Part shown: positions 17,223 through 26,534 of the stretch, in pieces | How positions within the stretch are numbered: position 1 is the first letter of the stretch | How the letters are laid out: every line of letters starts with the position of its first letter | Source: an uncultured virus (IMG/VR IMGVR_UViG_3300007597_000002) | Lineage: Duplodnaviria > Heunggongvirae > Uroviricota > Caudoviricetes | Length of the DNA stretch: 64,000 bases | Strand: one strand, 5' to 3' | IMG/VR virus record: IMGVR_UViG_3300007597_000002 | The notes under the pieces: model-generated | What the model saw: the letters and a program-made list of their open reading frames with translations, nothing else | What the model was told of the DNA's origin: nothing | The model's database searches: none | Program-made: the position numbers and the translations under genes

Positions 17223-17660
17223 TTACTTCAAACCAAGTTCGTGTTCTGTTATTATTTTAAATTCCCATCCACGATCTTTAGCGTATGCTCTTGCAGCAGC
17301 CCATTTGGCTTGATTTTTGATATACATAAACGATTCTTGTAGATAACGCTGGGTTTGTTTTCCAGGATATTGTGGAGGATTGGTTTGTTTCTCTGGCTTA
17401 ACTTCAATTAAGTATGTTTTCAACTTACCGTCATTAGAATTAACCTGTATTTTAAAGTCTACAAAGTAACGATGGATCAGGTTATCTGTTGGACAACGAT
17501 ATGGAACAACAGTTTCTTCTGAACTCCATTTAATAACACTAGGGTTCTTATCGCACCACATGGCAAAGCGTGTTTCCCAGCTAGATCTCATAATTATATT
17601 TGTAGGATCCCCTGCATATTTTTCTGCAAAAACTGGCTTGAACGATCTTTTATGGAACAT
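17223..17660 (-). CDS. gp4: head completion nuclease gp4
   Basis: KYAGDPTNII.RSSWE, WSSEE, HRYFVDF, EVKP.KQT, NQAKW.AA. Confidence 0.92.
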   Translation of the reverse strand: MFHKRSFKPVFAEKYAGDPTNIIMRSSWETRFAMWCDKNPSVIKWSSEETVVPYRCPTDNLIHRYFVDFKIQVNSNDGKLKTYLIEVKPEKQTNPPQYPGKQTQRYLQESFMYIKNQAKWAAARAYAKDRGWEFKIITEHELGLK

Positions 17661-17700
17661 AAATAACTAATTAGAAATAAATAACATCCCCTTTATTTAG
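17659..17700. promoter_or_regulatory. divergent T4-type late promoter motifs between gp4 and gp48
   Basis: ATAAATA twice on +, CTAAATA on -. The same (C/A)TAAATA motif precedes many late genes (1441, 5607, 24287, 31940, 38651, 40926, 43611, 44737, 48054, 51771, 58426, 60839). Confidence 0.65.
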
Positions 17701-17709
17701 AGAAACCAA

Positions 17710-18912
17710 ATGGCACTACAATATAACGACGATGGCGAACCAGAAGATCAGCCAGTAGAAACACCTGATAATCAGGCAGAGGTTCAAGCGCAAACACGTG
17801 CCGTACCTGTTTCTAAGAGAGAAACTTATCCAGAAAAACAAGCAACTAAATTTGAACAATTTGGTAAAGAAACTGGTAAGTATGACATCGGTAATTATCA
17901 GTATCCTGATGATTTAACTACTGATTTTAGGTATGGTGGTAACTATGTTATTTTTTACATTAACGTAGCAGAAGATTCGAAGTTAATATCAAAATATAAA
18001 GCAGATACGGTAGATGATTTCCCAGCCAGAGATGTTGGAGATAATCGTGCCATGAATTGGGATCAAAAGAGTCTTATCGGAGCAAATGCTGGGGTTAATA
18101 CTATTACTGGTATTGCAGGTGGAACCATCGGATTCGGTCCAGCTAAAAGTGTTGCTGAGGGTGTTGGTAATGCAGCTAAAGGTGCAGCTGTAGCAAATAT
18201 TGGAACTGTTGGTATTGCAGTAGCATCTACAATGACTACTGATCAGTTAAGATCTCAGAAAAGATTAAAGACTGCTATTGCTTTACATATACCAAACAAA
18301 CTTGGTATAAAGTATGGAGTTACATATGACTCCACTGATACTGCTGGGCTTGGTATGGTAAAAGCACTTGGTGGAGAAACAGCTGATGCTATTATGAATG
18401 CGCTTGGAAAATCTAGTAAAGAAAGTAATGTTACTGGTGTGGCTCAGGCAGTTATCACAAACCTAGCATTATCAAAAGGACCAAATGCCGAAGCAAATTC
18501 ACAGATGCTTGGCATGGCAGCAAATCCTAAGAAAGAACAAGTATTTAAGGGTGTTGACTTTAGATCGTTCTCTTTTGAATATCAATTCTTTCCAAGAGAT
18601 TATAGCGAAGCACAAAATGTACTTAGGATCATTGAAGAATTTAAGTTTCATATGCATCCAGAATTTAAAGATGACAATAACTTCGTTTATCTCTATCCTT
18701 CTGAATTTGATATTTTTTACTATCAGGGTGGAGAAGAGAATTTAAATTTACATCGTCATACGTCATGTGTTCTTACAGATTTAGATATTGATTATACTCC
18801 AAATGGACAATTTACTACATTTGCTGATGGCATGCCAACTCAAATTAATGTTACTTTAGCATTTAGAGAATTGGCTCTGTTGACAAAAGATAAGATTAAG
18901 GCAGGTCTATAA
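17710..18912 (+). CDS. gp48: baseplate tail-tube cap gp48
   Basis: IALHIP, NP..EQVFKGVDFRSFSF, YPSEFDI, CVLT...DYTP.G. Confidence 0.85.
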   Translation: MALQYNDDGEPEDQPVETPDNQAEVQAQTRAVPVSKRETYPEKQATKFEQFGKETGKYDIGNYQYPDDLTTDFRYGGNYVIFYINVAEDSKLISKYKADTVDDFPARDVGDNRAMNWDQKSLIGANAGVNTITGIAGGTIGFGPAKSVAEGVGNAAKGAAVANIGTVGIAVASTMTTDQLRSQKRLKTAIALHIPNKLGIKYGVTYDSTDTAGLGMVKALGGETADAIMNALGKSSKESNVTGVAQAVITNLALSKGPNAEANSQMLGMAANPKKEQVFKGVDFRSFSFEYQFFPRDYSEAQNVLRIIEEFKFHMHPEFKDDNNFVYLYPSEFDIFYYQGGEENLNLHRHTSCVLTDLDIDYTPNGQFTTFADGMPTQINVTLAFRELALLTKDKIKAGL

Positions 18913-19661
18913 TGTACTTCGAAAATTTTCAAAAAATATTATATGATTTTGACATAGAAGCAAAGGCTGGCACTGGCACTCAGGCATATGCAATCTGTGA
19001 TTTGGCTGGTGGTGGTGTGAATGCAATTACTGTAACGAACGTGGGTTCTGGATATACTTCAGCAACTTGTATATTTGGACCACCCGATAATGGTGAAGCT
19101 GGTGTATCTGCAACTGGAAGAGTAGTAGTTATTGGTGGACAGATATCATCTATAGTTGTAACAAATCCAGGAACTGGATATACTACTATACCAGATGTAA
19201 CAATTTCTAATCCATATGGTATCACTAGAAAATTTCATAAACTTATTGCCATGACGGATATTACTACAAATATTCGTTTTAGAAAAGAAATTCTATCTAA
19301 TGTAACTACATATGACTCATATGATATTAAAGATGGAGATACTCCAGAAATTCTTGCTGAGAAAATATATGGTAGTCCAGAATATCATTGGGTTATAATG
19401 TTAGCAAATAATCGTTATGATTATTTGGCTGACTGGCCACTAACGTATGGTGCTCTTCAAGAATATGTAGATTCAAAATATGGAGCCACTGCAGATAGCA
19501 TTCGTCATTATGAAGATGCCAATGGTCATGTAGTTATGGGTGGTGTTTCAGTATCTAATAGAGAATATGAAGAACGAATAAATGAAAGAAAGAGAAGAAT
19601 AAAAATAATTTCTCCTTCTTTAATTAGCACTATTCTGGCGAATTACAAAGATTTGATTTAA
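18912..19661 (+). CDS. gp53: baseplate wedge gp53 with an inserted beta-rich repeat domain
   Basis: MYFENF, GDTPEILAEKIYG...YHWVIML.N, HYE, YE..INE.KR.IK. Confidence 0.88.
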   Translation: MYFENFQKILYDFDIEAKAGTGTQAYAICDLAGGGVNAITVTNVGSGYTSATCIFGPPDNGEAGVSATGRVVVIGGQISSIVVTNPGTGYTTIPDVTISNPYGITRKFHKLIAMTDITTNIRFRKEILSNVTTYDSYDIKDGDTPEILAEKIYGSPEYHWVIMLANNRYDYLADWPLTYGALQEYVDSKYGATADSIRHYEDANGHVVMGGVSVSNREYEERINERKRRIKIISPSLISTILANYKDLI

Positions 19662-20939
19662 ATGACAGCCAAAACAATAAGATTCGCTGGTGATGTAAAC
19701 GTAAATTCTATTAAGATTGTTACCAGATCTGGTAACTCTCAGAATATTACTGCTCAGGTTATTAACATCCAAATATTCGAAGACTTATTTTCTCCATTTA
19801 TCACAGGCTCTCTTGTACTTAAAGAATCATTAGATTATGTTAATTTATTACCATTCACTGGTGAGGAACAAGTAGAAATTGATATTAGTACTCCAACCTT
19901 ATCCAAGGGTAATATTAAAGGTACATTTTATATTTACAAATTAACTGATAGAGAACTGCTTGGAGATAAGTCTGTTACATATCAGTTACATTTTATATCA
20001 ATGGAAGCCATTGTTGATTTAAATAAAAAGATTAGCAGAGTTTATACTGGTAAAGTTAATGATGTTATTGCAGATATACTAACAAATAAAACTGATGGTC
20101 TTCAATCTACTAAAAGATTTATATCAGAAGAATCATCTCGTTCAGTTAAATTCATATCTAATTTTTGGTCTCCTGTTAAGTCCATTAATTATGCTGCACA
20201 GTTTGCAGAAAATAACAATAACTCTCCAAGTTTTTTATTCTTCGAAAATAGAGATGGATTTTATTTCACTAGTTTAGAATCTATGTATGAATCTCAATCG
20301 GTGCAGAAGTTTACTTATGACAGATATACACGTGATAAAAAGCCTAATGGAGAAGATGCTAGAAATGTAACTGAAGATTTCAAACGAATAAACCTAATAA
20401 GTATACCAATAGGGTTTGATTATATTGATAGAATAAGAAGTGGTATGTTTGCTTCTAAAGCAACTTCGTATGATCTAACTAAAAAGTCTTATAGAGTTAA
20501 GACATATAATATGTTTGATAAATTTGATACATCTAAACATCTCAACAAATATAACGTGGCTTCTTTAAATTCTATTTTTAGAACAAATTCTTCCATGATG
20601 ATTATACCAAGATACACTGACGGATTTAGTGGTGGTGGTGATCTTAGTTATTTTAAATCAATTCAACAAAGAATTTCTTTATTGAAAGCAGCAGAGGCGA
20701 ACAAGATTCACATTTCTGTTCCTGGAAGATTAGATTATACAGTCGGGCAAAAAGTAGAAGTTAGATTGAATAAAGTAGAACCATTAAGAAGCAGTGATAG
20801 AGATATCGAAGATAAAATGTTTTCAGGTTTTTATATAATTTCTGCTATCAATCATAATGTAGATAAAGAAATGCATGAGTGTCATATGGAATTGATTAAA
20901 GATAGTTTGTTAATGAGTGTAGATAAGGCGAAAAAATAA
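19662..20939 (+). CDS. baseplate hub protein (gp27-like)
   Basis: IFEDLFSPFITG, FFENRDGFYF, VPG...TVG, SG.Y.I..I.H; located before gp5. Confidence 0.7.
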   Translation: MTAKTIRFAGDVNVNSIKIVTRSGNSQNITAQVINIQIFEDLFSPFITGSLVLKESLDYVNLLPFTGEEQVEIDISTPTLSKGNIKGTFYIYKLTDRELLGDKSVTYQLHFISMEAIVDLNKKISRVYTGKVNDVIADILTNKTDGLQSTKRFISEESSRSVKFISNFWSPVKSINYAAQFAENNNNSPSFLFFENRDGFYFTSLESMYESQSVQKFTYDRYTRDKKPNGEDARNVTEDFKRINLISIPIGFDYIDRIRSGMFASKATSYDLTKKSYRVKTYNMFDKFDTSKHLNKYNVASLNSIFRTNSSMMIIPRYTDGFSGGGDLSYFKSIQQRISLLKAAEANKIHISVPGRLDYTVGQKVEVRLNKVEPLRSSDRDIEDKMFSGFYIISAINHNVDKEMHECHMELIKDSLLMSVDKAKK

Positions 20940-23900
20940 TGTTTTATTCAGGTATTGTAGAAAACAGATCAGATCCACTTCAACTTGGTCGTTGTCAGGT
21001 TCGTATTGTGGGATTACACACCCATGATAAAACTCAATTACCGACTAATGAATTACCATGGGCACTTCCAGTACAACAAATTGGTTCTGCTGCAATGAAT
21101 GGTATTGGTTATACTCCAGTTGGTCCAGTTGAAGGTACTACTGTTATTATTATGTTTGCTGATGAAGATCAACAACAACCAATTATACTTGGTACTATTG
21201 GTGGTATACCACAAGCACCAACTGCTATTGATGATGATGACAACTCTAGTCCTGTAGAAGATAGCACAGAAGTTTCTAAGATAGAGTTGAGAACTATTGT
21301 TGGTCCAGTTAATGGAAAGAAATTAACATTCATAGACAAAGCAACAGGAAGAACTGATTTAACTAAAGATCTAAAAGCCAATATGAAAGTTATTGGCTTT
21401 CAGTTACCTGAAGATACATTTATTGTTAGTGTAGATAGTGGCACTCAGATAACTATTAATAATGTAGTTGCAGGTTATGGTGAAAATATCATAACATTTA
21501 AAGATGCACCCACTAATCTTGCAGAAGTTAATGCAAGTAAAGCACAAAATTATTTGACAGATGGCTCAGGAAAACCAGTTACTTCTGGAGATGGAACACC
21601 AATTACCGTTGGAGAATCTCCAGTTCAACCAACGAAAACTAATCTTGCAATACCTACAAAACCACCAAAAGGTGCATCTCTAAATCCTGCTAAAGCGGAG
21701 GAAGGCATCAAAGCACTTATTGCTGCATGTGATAAAGTTGGATTAACTACCAGAGAACAGAAGTGTGCGCTGCTTGGTATTGCTGGTGGTGAGTCTGGTT
21801 GGATCCCACAATTAGAAAGTTATAATTACAGTAAAGATCGTCTGAAACAAATATTTTCTTTTGCGACTGATGCTACTGCTGAACAATATTCACAAGCATC
21901 AAAAAAGGGAATGACTAGAGCACAATTTTTCTCTTGGGTTTATGGACCAACTACACGTGGTAAAAACTTTCTTGGTAATCAAACAGATGAAGATGGTGGT
22001 AAGTATTTCGGTCGTGGATTTATTCAGTTAACTGGTAAAGCAAACTATAAAAAGTATCAGGACATGTCAAACAAGATGGGTCTAAATTTAGATCTTATCA
22101 ATAATCCTGACTCACTTGATACTGATATTAATACATCTGCTTTAGTTGCTGCTCTCTATATTAAAGACAGAGTGCCATCTTCTGCAAAAACAACAGATCA
22201 TCCTGGATATTTTTATGCTGCTAAAAAAGCAGTTGGTGTTAACTCACCAGATATCGCAGCACGTAAATTATCTTATTATGAATATTTTTATGGAGAAGTA
22301 GCAGGTGGTGTAGTAGAAAAAGACGCAGGAACAAAAGCAGCAACACCACCAAAAGATGGATCTTCTCCAACTCCTGGACCATCTGCAGAATCTAAAAAAC
22401 GAGGTTCAGATAATACTGGATTTAGAGATCCAAATAATAAGTATCCTTTAAAATCATATATTAATGAGCCAGACACAAATCGTTTGGCACGTGGTATAAT
22501 TACTGGAACTGTTATAGAGAAAAAAGATTCTAATATAAAAAAGGGTGTGCCGAAAGCAGTAGATCAAGGATCATGGGATCAACCAAATAATGGCTTTGGC
22601 TCAAAATATCCTTTCAATAAAGTTATGGAAACTGAGTCTGGTCACATTCAAGAATTTGATGATAGTCCTGGACATGAGAGAATACATACGTATCATCGCT
22701 CTGGTACATTTACTGAGATTGATCCAAATGGAACTCAGGTAAATTATATCATTGGTGATAATTTCACACTAATGGAACGAAATGGTTCTATCCATGTGGC
22801 TGGTGAATATAATCTAACTGCTGATGGAAACGCAAATATATTCTGCAGATCAGATGCAAACATTGAAGTCTCTTCTAATGCAAATGTTCGAGTTGGAAAT
22901 AATGTATCACTTGCAGTGGCAAACGATGTAGATATTGCAGTTGGTGGTCATTTTAATGTTAAGGCAGTTGGTGATTTTAATGTTCAGGCTGCAAATATTA
23001 ATCAGTTAGCTGACAGTGCTATGAAAATAGGATCGAGTGGAACTGTTGATATTAATTCTTCTGGTGTTATGAATGTTAATTATAGTCGAGGTAATTTTGG
23101 TGTTAGCGCAACAGCACCTTCTACTGTAGCAGGTACACCACCACCAGCAGGGCAACCTTTAAATCCAACTATTCCTTATTTAATTCCTCCAGAAAGAGAA
23201 CTCGAACAACAGGCTGCAGTAGAAACCCCAGAAGATTTTAATACACCAGAAGGTCGTAAGCAATCACAAATACAAACACAAAAGGGCGAGCCTAATGCTC
23301 CAGCACCTGTTGCAACAGAAGAAGCACCAACACCAACTGGTGGAGCACAATCTAAACCAGTTGCTGCTGATTGTAAGATAATCTATACTACTAAGAATTT
23401 CACTAATGACTATACGATATCTAAGAATTTTACATTGGGTATGTTAATGGATGGTGGTGTTAATGGAAAACATAAACTTGTTGACCAAATGCTTCAACCA
23501 ACGGCTAATACACCATTAAGATTATATACTGTTCAAGAAATTGTTTGTAATTTAGCGATGAGTGCTCAGAATCTACTTGAAAATTATCTAGCTGTTCTTC
23601 CAAACGGCATAAGTGGATATAAGAAACAATGGACTATTTCTTCTGGTTATAGATTAAAGGGTGTTGTTAGTTATGAGAGCGCAACATCAGATCACTGTAA
23701 GGGACACTGTTTTGATGTTTGTTTACTAGGTGCAGATGTGAGTAATAAAACATATGATCTCGTTCAGAAGATGGAACCACTAGTAACATATGATCAGATG
23801 ATTTTAGAATATAGAAATCCGACTTCAGTGTGGATTCATTCTAGCTACAAAGCCCCAGGATCACCAGCAGGTGGTAATCGTAAGATGGCATTCACTATGG

Positions 23901-23989
23901 TAAATGACACAACTTATAAACGAAATGCTAAAGGGATACCTGAGGGATTCGTCTTAATTAATCCAATACCTCCAAAGAATAAAGCATAA
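20939..23989 (+). CDS. gp5: baseplate central spike gp5 with GH19 and C-terminal peptidase-M15-like domains
   Basis: OB-fold (DPLQLGRCQVRI.G.H, LPWA), GH19 (GESG, GRGFIQLTG..NY), YPFNKV.ETESGH..EFDD, beta-helix, SSGYR..SDH..G...D..WIH. Confidence 0.88.
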   Translation: MFYSGIVENRSDPLQLGRCQVRIVGLHTHDKTQLPTNELPWALPVQQIGSAAMNGIGYTPVGPVEGTTVIIMFADEDQQQPIILGTIGGIPQAPTAIDDDDNSSPVEDSTEVSKIELRTIVGPVNGKKLTFIDKATGRTDLTKDLKANMKVIGFQLPEDTFIVSVDSGTQITINNVVAGYGENIITFKDAPTNLAEVNASKAQNYLTDGSGKPVTSGDGTPITVGESPVQPTKTNLAIPTKPPKGASLNPAKAEEGIKALIAACDKVGLTTREQKCALLGIAGGESGWIPQLESYNYSKDRLKQIFSFATDATAEQYSQASKKGMTRAQFFSWVYGPTTRGKNFLGNQTDEDGGKYFGRGFIQLTGKANYKKYQDMSNKMGLNLDLINNPDSLDTDINTSALVAALYIKDRVPSSAKTTDHPGYFYAAKKAVGVNSPDIAARKLSYYEYFYGEVAGGVVEKDAGTKAATPPKDGSSPTPGPSAESKKRGSDNTGFRDPNNKYPLKSYINEPDTNRLARGIITGTVIEKKDSNIKKGVPKAVDQGSWDQPNNGFGSKYPFNKVMETESGHIQEFDDSPGHERIHTYHRSGTFTEIDPNGTQVNYIIGDNFTLMERNGSIHVAGEYNLTADGNANIFCRSDANIEVSSNANVRVGNNVSLAVANDVDIAVGGHFNVKAVGDFNVQAANINQLADSAMKIGSSGTVDINSSGVMNVNYSRGNFGVSATAPSTVAGTPPPAGQPLNPTIPYLIPPERELEQQAAVETPEDFNTPEGRKQSQIQTQKGEPNAPAPVATEEAPTPTGGAQSKPVAADCKIIYTTKNFTNDYTISKNFTLGMLMDGGVNGKHKLVDQMLQPTANTPLRLYTVQEIVCNLAMSAQNLLENYLAVLPNGISGYKKQWTISSGYRLKGVVSYESATSDHCKGHCFDVCLLGADVSNKTYDLVQKMEPLVTYDQMILEYRNPTSVWIHSSYKAPGSPAGGNRKMAFTMVNDTTYKRNAKGIPEGFVLINPIPPKNKA

Positions 23990-24285
23990 TGGCTAAGGTA
24001 ACGTATAAGGGAGCTATGTCAGATGCATCTTGTGGTTTACCTGCAAATGCATTGACTACTGAAGTATGTACCAAAAGTTTTGTAGCAGAGGGTGCTATAG
24101 GACTAGTTGGTTCTAAATTCACACAACAGCAGGTGGGAAGTAGTATACATCCTATTAGTGCTAGAAATATAAGTTCTGGTGCATCTAAAACTTTCTTTGA
24201 AGGTAAGGCTGCAGCAAGAATTGGAGATTCAATTTCTTGTGGTGATAAAGTAAAAGATGGATCTGCAAAAACGAACGTAGAGTAA
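23989..24285 (+). CDS. PAAR-like spike tip (gp5.4)
   Basis: GASKTFFEGKAAARIGDSISCG; directly after gp5. Confidence 0.8.
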   Translation: MAKVTYKGAMSDASCGLPANALTTEVCTKSFVAEGAIGLVGSKFTQQQVGSSIHPISARNISSGASKTFFEGKAAARIGDSISCGDKVKDGSAKTNVE

Positions 24286-24298
24286 CCTAAATAAGAAT

Positions 24299-24691
24299 AT
24301 GGCAAGAAATACAAGAATCTTCTCTGATCTAGACTTCAATTTCACGGCTCACCCAGTGACTAAGGATTTGACACGTCGATATGGCGACAATGCCATAAAG
24401 ACTGCGCTAAAAAATCTTATCCTAACCAACAACTTTGAACGACCATTTCATAGTGAAATTGGTAGTCCTATTAGACGTTTACTGTTCGAGCCAGCAACTC
24501 CTCTACTTGCAGCTTCCCTAAAACAGGCTATTATTAATACTATTAATAACTTCGAGCCAAGAGTAGAGCTAATTAATGTAATAGTTAGCGTAGATGAAGA
24601 TTCTTATTCAGTTGGAGTTTCTATAGAATTTCAAGTTATTAATACAACAAGACCACTAACTCTTGACCTAACGCTAGAGAGAACACGATAA
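24299..24691 (+). CDS. gp25: baseplate wedge gp25
   Basis: FSDLD..F..HP, NLILT...ERPF, FEPRV. Confidence 0.92.
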   Translation: MARNTRIFSDLDFNFTAHPVTKDLTRRYGDNAIKTALKNLILTNNFERPFHSEIGSPIRRLLFEPATPLLAASLKQAIINTINNFEPRVELINVIVSVDEDSYSVGVSIEFQVINTTRPLTLDLTLERTR

Positions 24692-24692
24692 A

Positions 24693-26522
24693 ATGGCAAA
24701 TAAAAGAATCACCGTAACAGAGTTAGACTTTGATGGTATCAAAGGAAACTTAAAGAATTTTTTAAAAGGACAGACAGAATTTCAAGATTACGATTTTGAA
24801 GGTTCTGCTATGTCAGTTTTAATAGATGTTTTAGCATACAACACGCATTATAATGCTTTGTACAATAACATGTCTATTAATGAGATGTTTCTTGATTCTG
24901 CTAGAAAACGTAACAGTGTAGTTTCTATTTCTAAGATGCTTGGTTATTCTCCAAGATCAGCAACATGTTCTCAAGCAACAGTCAATATAGTAGTTTCTGG
25001 TGGAACTTCTTCTCCTGGAAATTTATCGTTACCTTCATATAGTCCATTCACAAGTAGTATAAATGGAAAGACATATACTTTCTATACACAGGGAACTATA
25101 ACTGTGAATAGAGTAGCCAATTCATACACATTTGCTGATGTTTCTATCATTGAAGGTACTCCTCTTTCTTATCAATATAATGTTTCTGCTGGAACACGTT
25201 ATGTTATACCAAACCTTGGTATTGATCTTGCTACATTAAAGGTTAGAGTACAAGAAAATTCTTCTTCCAACGTCTATGAGACATGGTATAAAGCAGGAGA
25301 ACTTGTAGATATTGATAATAGCACTCTTGCATATTGGACGAAAGAAATTGATGATGGTTTATATGAACTAACATTCGGAGATGATAATCTTGGTAAAGCA
25401 CTAGAAGCTGGTAACGTAGTTCACTTAGATTATTTTGTATCTAGTTTAGAAGCACCAAATGGTGCACGATCATTCACATATAATGGATCAACTTTAATTT
25501 CTGGTGCTACTGTTGCTATTACAACAAACGATCCTGCCAATAATGGTGCTGATCGTGAAGACACAGAAAGTATTCGTTTTAATGCGCCAAGATCATATGC
25601 AGCACAAAATCGTGCAGTAACTCCAGATGACTACAAAGCATTGATTTATTCTGCTGTTCCAGAAGCACAATCAGTAACAGTTTGGGGTGGTGAGGATAAT
25701 GATCCTCCAGTATATGGCAAAACATACATTTGTGTTAAACCTAGAAATGCTAGTAAGTTAACATCAATCCAAAAGGCTAATATTATTAGTACGGTTTTGG
25801 GCAAACGTGGTGTTGTTTCAGTTATACCAGAAATTGTAGATCCAGAATATATTAATATTGCTTTACATGTAACTGTTTATTATAACGAACAAACAACAAC
25901 AAAAACATCAGATGAAATTGCTAGTCGAGTTAGAACAGCAGTCATGGAATATAATAATACAGATCTCCAAACTTTCGATGGTGTTTTTAGATTCTCTAAA
26001 TTGAGTAAACTTATAGATGAAACAGATACATCTATCGTAAATAATATTACAACTGTTCTTCTTCGTAGACAACTAACTCCAAGATATAATGTACGTGCTC
26101 AGTATATTCTTAATATGATTAACCCTATTTTGAGTACTGGGCTTCCAGAAAATGCTTTTAGTAGTACTGGTTTTTATATTTCTGGTTCGGATCAAATTCA
26201 CTATCTTGACGATGATGGTGTTAAATATGTTCGTCTTTGGAGATATGGCGATAATGGTATTAAAATTATTGTAGACAATCAATTGGGAACTATTGATTAT
26301 GCCAAAGGATATGTTGATATACGCAATCTAAATATTGTTGCACTAGCAGATATTGATTTAGAAATTTCAATTCGTCCGCTATCCAATGATGTAGTTTCAG
26401 CACTTACACAAATTGCAGAAATTGCAACTGACCACTTATACATAACAGCTATTGCGGATAAAACTGCTTCTGGGGATTTACGTGGTGGTTATAACTATAC
26501 ATTCGCTTCAAGTAGATCATAA
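24693..26522 (+). CDS. gp6: baseplate wedge gp6
   Basis: LDFDGIK, DYDFEGS, LAYNTHY, FLDSA, QNRAVT..DY, WGGEDN.PP.YGK. Confidence 0.93.
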   Translation: MANKRITVTELDFDGIKGNLKNFLKGQTEFQDYDFEGSAMSVLIDVLAYNTHYNALYNNMSINEMFLDSARKRNSVVSISKMLGYSPRSATCSQATVNIVVSGGTSSPGNLSLPSYSPFTSSINGKTYTFYTQGTITVNRVANSYTFADVSIIEGTPLSYQYNVSAGTRYVIPNLGIDLATLKVRVQENSSSNVYETWYKAGELVDIDNSTLAYWTKEIDDGLYELTFGDDNLGKALEAGNVVHLDYFVSSLEAPNGARSFTYNGSTLISGATVAITTNDPANNGADREDTESIRFNAPRSYAAQNRAVTPDDYKALIYSAVPEAQSVTVWGGEDNDPPVYGKTYICVKPRNASKLTSIQKANIISTVLGKRGVVSVIPEIVDPEYINIALHVTVYYNEQTTTKTSDEIASRVRTAVMEYNNTDLQTFDGVFRFSKLSKLIDETDTSIVNNITTVLLRRQLTPRYNVRAQYILNMINPILSTGLPENAFSSTGFYISGSDQIHYLDDDGVKYVRLWRYGDNGIKIIVDNQLGTIDYAKGYVDIRNLNIVALADIDLEISIRPLSNDVVSALTQIAEIATDHLYITAIADKTASGDLRGGYNYTFASSRS

Positions 26523-26534
26523 TTAGTTAATAAA

